From: Haliotis cracherodii
Taxonomy: Eukaryota
Length of the DNA stretch: 64,000 nt
Assembly: GCF_022045235.1 (NCBI RefSeq)
Contig: NW_027266286.1
Coordinates: 63,426,001 to 63,490,000, forward strand
Direction: 5' to 3'
The notes beneath the pieces are model-generated. The model was not told the origin of the DNA. It searched no databases and was given only the letters and a program-made list of their open reading frames with translations. The translations under genes and the position numbers were made by a program. Position 1 is the stretch's first letter; every line of letters begins with the position of its first letter. Of this stretch, positions 59,301 through 64,000 are shown piece after piece.

Positions 59301-59574
59301 AAAAGCTCACATATATTGTAAAACACAAATATCAGGAGGCACTTGCTGATGAATCTTGACGTTGGTCGACCTGATCTTGAATGTTGATGGTGAATGTTGG
59401 TGTACTCACATGATTATATGAATATTGTTGTATCTAGTTGCATTTGTCAAAGATTTTCTCACAACGGCTGGTTATAAGCTGCTGTATGTTGCTGATTATC
59501 CGGTAGGCTGGGCTGCTGTCTGTCGTCGTCTTCATTCTTTCGCCAAGATGGCAGCCGGCGTTGACGCTTCTTTT

Positions 59575-61350
59575 GACAGACGGACAGACGGAGAGACAGA
59601 CAGACAGATAATTTATTTGAGTCTCACACCGTTACATATATAATACATTGGGAATAGACTCTTTAAAAATATCTTTAAAAAAGCATATAAAGTCACGAGC
59701 CACTCCCTCCGGAGTTATGAAAGTCTATATAACATTGGTAAAACCATGTACAAGTATAAAATTATACATTTTCACATATATTACACACGATATAAATGAC
59801 TGTACCAGGCTAATCACAAAAGATAATATACTATAGTACTACACGATGTAAAGCATCCGATCTGGTTGTTAAAATATCCTTGCAGCTGCAGGTCTTGGCA
59901 GTTTTAAAATTCAATTCCGGGCTGGACAGTATAAAATCTACTTTCTGTAAATCACTAAAACTATCAAAATCAAAACATACGTAACGACATTTGTCACAGC
60001 AAAAAAGTCTAGGTTTCCGTCTTCCGGAAACCTTCCGGAAACCTTCCGGATACCTTCCAAATGCCTTCAGCAACCTTCAAATTGCTTGGTATTTTCAAGT
60101 TAATTTTTTCTATGTGTTTCACACTTAAGTGAACAAAATGCACCCCCCAAATTTTGAATTTTTTTTGGGAAGGTTTCCGGAAGGTTTCCGGAAGGTATCC
60201 GGGCCGGATCCAAAATGGGAAGGTATCCGGAAGGTTTCCGGAAGGTTTCTGGAAGATTTCCGGAAGACGGAAACCTACACTTTTTTTGCTGTGTGTAAAT
60301 AAGACCTTAGATCTTCATAGAGTGGACAATATAATAAAACATGCTTTTCATCTTCTATTTCATACGTACAAAACGGTCAGGTTCCCTCTGCAAGAGGTGT
60401 GTTGGTATAGCGTCCGGTCTCACCTCTTAGCGGTGCTACACCACATCTAAACCTCGACAGGGCGCTTCCTAGAGTTCTAGGGAGGCTTTTGTGTACGTAT
60501 GCTCAAAAATGTCATTATCCTTAAAGGTGCAGTAAGTTCGTAATTTATTGCCACCTGTCCCACGTTTGCTGTTCGGTAATTCCACGGCTGCCCTCAGCAG
60601 AAATTCTTCAAACATTCTGCATTGTACTTCCGATGACACATATTCATCTGTTGTCAACGGAGGTTATTTGCGTCATGCCAAGTGTTTCTAATTTCCGGTG
60701 TATCCTAAAGATTACATTACGTTTTCTTCTCGTTGCCCAGTGGTGACTGCACTTGAAAACGTGATGTGCTGAACGTCCTTGGTGTAGGTTACGGAGGCGC
60801 ATATACATGTAGTCGAGTAACACTTCCCCATTGACGGACAAGAAGGATATCCAACCCATGTCCCCACAGACTGCTTTATCTGAGGTACATTTTCTCACCC
60901 CGAGGAAGAATCTCATGGTTCTGTTCCGTGTAGCTTCGATGCACGTCATGTTAAATGTTCGTCATCGTTTTACAACATTGTTTCTCCACAGTCCACAATT
61001 CATTCCATAAAAAGGAGAGATTTTCTGTCCACCATCCCTGCTTTGCCCTGCGTCGTTAAATACATCTAGGTGAATCATGTGTGATAGTTCAGTCATCTCA
61101 CACAGAACAACATGAGCAAACTCACCATAAGCATTATTCAAATCCTGTAAGTCTGCAATACATTCACCCAATGACATAAACTGTTCATGTACAGCCGTAG
61201 TGTTGAACTTGGTATAAGTATTAGAGTTGCCAGAAGATACATTGTCATTTCCTGTTGCAGTTCCTTGGGCAAGTACGTGTCGATCGACAGTCCATCTAAG
61301 TAATGCGTGGTCTTTTTTAAGAATAACTATAGGATCAATTGTAGCCAAAT
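59575..61350 (-). mobile_element. Decayed LINE (CR1/L2-like) 3-prime portion
   Basis: Broken ORF2-like peptides (RFFLGV...AVCGDMGW, NKLRTYCTFK). The 3-prime end has AATAAA and a (CTGT)n tail near 59580-59620. Confidence 0.65.
59995..60293. mobile_element. MITE with CAC termini, subterminal 11-bp repeats and 3-bp TSD (CACTA/EnSpm-like), nested in the LINE
   Basis: CACAGCAAAAAAGT...ACTTTTTTTGCTGTG with TGT on both flanks, and (CCTTCCGGAAA)n in inverted orientation at each end. Confidence 0.8.
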
Positions 61351-61689
61351 CAGTGGGTCTAATTACCTAATTCCCTCGAAAAAATTGTCACTGCGAGCGT
61401 AGCTTGTGATTTTCGAAACTCCAGGCCCCAACATTGCTATCTACAAGGTATGTCTTTAATTGGCTTCCCTTTCAGGGTCACGATCTGACCTCGTCCTTTG
61501 ACCTCTGACTTCTGGTCGTGACCTCTTATGTGATCTGTGTTGATAAACGTGTTTCTCTGATATCATTCGCGATGTTTTGATACATTCGTATCTTAAAATA
61601 TTTGTAAATACATTGAATTATGTCCCTGACCCGGAGAATTTCAAAAGAATACTTAGGCATTGGAGGCAAGGATACCAGAGCGGGGGCAT

Positions 61690-62180
61690 TGTGCCGCAGT
61701 GCTGGAGCATTGTTGAAGGCCGAAGGGAGCCGTGTGCCGCAGTGCTTGAGGATTGTCGGAGGCTGCAGGGAGCCGTGTGTCGGAGTGCTTGAGGATTGTC
61801 GGAGGCTGCAGGGAGCCTTGTGCCGCAGTGCTGGAGGATTGTCGGAGGCTGCAGGGAGCCTTGTGCCGCAGTGCTGGAGGATTGTCGGAGGCCGAAGGGA
61901 ACCGTGTGCCGCTGTGCTGGAGGATTGTCCCAGACTGCAGGGAGCCTTGCGCCGCTCTGCTGGAGGATTGTCTGAGGCCGAAGGGAGCCGTGTGCCGCAG
62001 TGCTGGAGGACTGTCTGAGGCCGAAGGGAGCCGTGTACTCCAGAGCTGGAGGACTGTCTGAGGCCGAAGGGAGCCGTGTACTCCAGAGCTGGAGGACTGT
62101 CTGAGGCCGAAGGGAGCCGTGTCCTCCAGTGCCGGAGGACTGTCTGAGGCCGAAGGGAGCCGTGTGCCGCTGTGCTGGAG
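61690..62180. repeat. 43-bp GC-rich minisatellite (~11-12 copies)
   Basis: Unit GGGAGCCGTGTGCCGCAGTGCTGGAGGACTGTCTGAGGCCGAA (e.g. starts 61983 and 62026). Confidence 0.95.
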
Positions 62181-63754
62181 GCAAGCTTCTTCCCAGCCTT
62201 CGTTACACTCTCGATCGGTAACATCACTGCAAACAGGTTACAAGAGTCTTGAAATTTGCCATCTAACCCCAAATGTAGTCACGTTTATATTTTTGTTTCT
62301 GTATTTTGGGAATGCCACCATAGTGAAATTTTAAAAGGTTTACGACGAACCAGATTTCCCAGATGAATTTCCTTTTCTCTTTTTTTCGATCAGATTGGTT
62401 CGAGATTGCAGACTAACAGAAAATCACAAAGACAATTTAACAAAATATAAATCTTATTTTATTTTTATTTATATATTCTAAATATCGACCGATCGGACGA
62501 ACTTCGTTCCAGGTATTCGACAGATCAGGATGTACTGAGGATGGGTGTATAAGTGTATGGTGTGTCAACCACTGGCTGTTACAGAGCTGGACCACAGATA
62601 TATGCAGTGATGTTAAACTGAAACAGTTTCAGCCTGAATAACTTCGTATAGCAATATGCAGTAGCCAATATTGATATCCCGTGGGGGAATGTCCTGAAAA
62701 TATGCTGTGAAAAAAAATCGAATCCTCCTATCAGAGAAAAAAATACATTGTATGTATTGAAGCAATGTCCGGAAGGATTACACTATCAGTAATGCTAATA
62801 AGTAAAAGGTGTACAAACTGATGAAAAACATATAAATGTATTTGTGAATGTTTTACTTAACAAAATAAGAATTATACAACAAACAGGAACTAAGTTGCAA
62901 TTGGAAATATACTTGCAATCAATGAGCAAACTTCTAAGCCTTTTATAAGACACACATTAAAATGCTCACACTTATATACAACAACAAAATGGCATTTAAC
63001 AAATTAATAGTGTTATGCTGAGAGGGGTACGATAACAGCCCACATGCATCTTATACGCGCGATATGAAGAGATGTACCAGTCGATAAATGTTGTCTCTAG
63101 AAGCGTGTAAAATGGCGACGACTCTGGCAAACAATGCGACAGCTGTTGCTCTTCCTCCGCCATCTGCGTTCCACGGCGACGCCATTTCACATCAGGTCTC
63201 TCATACAGATCCCAGGGCATATATTAGTTCAGCCCCGAGTTTTCATCACGTGGAGGTATGGATTCGGTAATTCAAACAAAAATTATGAAAATTTCATGGC
63301 ACAATTTCTCCCCATCGAACGGGTTAATACTGCGCTGAATTCCTTTGGGCTAGGAGTCAGAATAGGTCCCCTGCCCTCATGGATAGGCCTGCGGCGAGAC
63401 TTGGTGACTATGAATGATTGTTTGTCACCGTGCCCCGTCGGAGGACGATGCTGCTCATGATATTAACCTATGGTTTATCTGGTTTCAACAACCGTTTTAC
63501 AAATAAGCCTCGTTGACACCTTGCGATTGCGACGTAACGAAACTCTTACCTAATATGTCAGTTGTTTTCAATATATGTCCTACTGTTATGTTGACAATGA
63601 TGTAGCACCCTAATTGCAGGAATTACTACGCCCGCATGTGTATCGTAAATGTTTATAACACTCATGTCAAGCTATATATGAGCGGTGGCTGTAATTCTGA
63701 GAGACTAGGGGACCGACCATTTGATATACATGGAGGTGGGAGGATGGGGTAGGG

Positions 63755-63806
63755 TGTGTGTGGGGTGTGGTGTGTGGGATGTGGTGCGGGGCGTTGGCGT
63801 GTGTGT

Positions 63807-63872
<66 letters not shown>

Positions 63873-63888
63873 GTGTGTGTGTGTGTGT
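63755..63888. repeat. (GT)n microsatellite
   Basis: Directly visible. Confidence 0.95.
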
Positions 63889-64000
63889 ACTTGGATTTTA
63901 TCGAAGTACTTAAATTGTTCCAGAAAATCAATTATGCATCAGACTTCCGAATAACAAATAGTCGGCCCCAACTAGGAAGGATGCACATCACACCTTTAAC

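Noticed and set aside
61526-62272. 248-aa and overlapping ORFs
   Set aside because: They are translations of the 43-bp minisatellite, open in several frames.

Overview
Eukaryotic, intron-rich animal DNA. The SINE families, (GAGT)n tails and a mucin C-terminal motif suggest a gastropod mollusc, possibly abalone (inference). The main feature is a complete 21,667-bp Polinton/Maverick (endogenous polintovirus/adintovirus) at 6058-27724. It has AGTAGT...ACTACT termini, about 1.2-kb terminal inverted repeats and a perfect 6-bp target-site duplication (ACAGTC). It encodes apparently intact protein-primed DNA polymerase (with N-terminal zinc fingers, an OTU-like dyad and an HNH insert), retroviral-type integrase, minor and major capsid proteins, adenain-like protease and packaging ATPase. 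It also carries a single-BIR IAP, two paralogous intron-containing Cys/His genes, a small two-TM gene inside the TIRs and a host SINE. The element sits in the last intron of an 8-exon GH29 alpha-L-fucosidase gene (+, 1300-29506), inside a 64-bp tandem duplication of the exon-7 splice donor. A second, convergent 8-exon fucosidase (-, 34549-42197) and a decayed third copy (about 31000-31650) complete a small cluster. The two intact paralogs have each lost a different conserved fucose-binding histidine. The rest of the window holds the last exon of a Thr-rich membrane mucin, several MITEs with clear TSDs, SINEs, LINE/DIRS/Tc1 relics, minisatellites and two assembly gaps flanked by foldback sequence.
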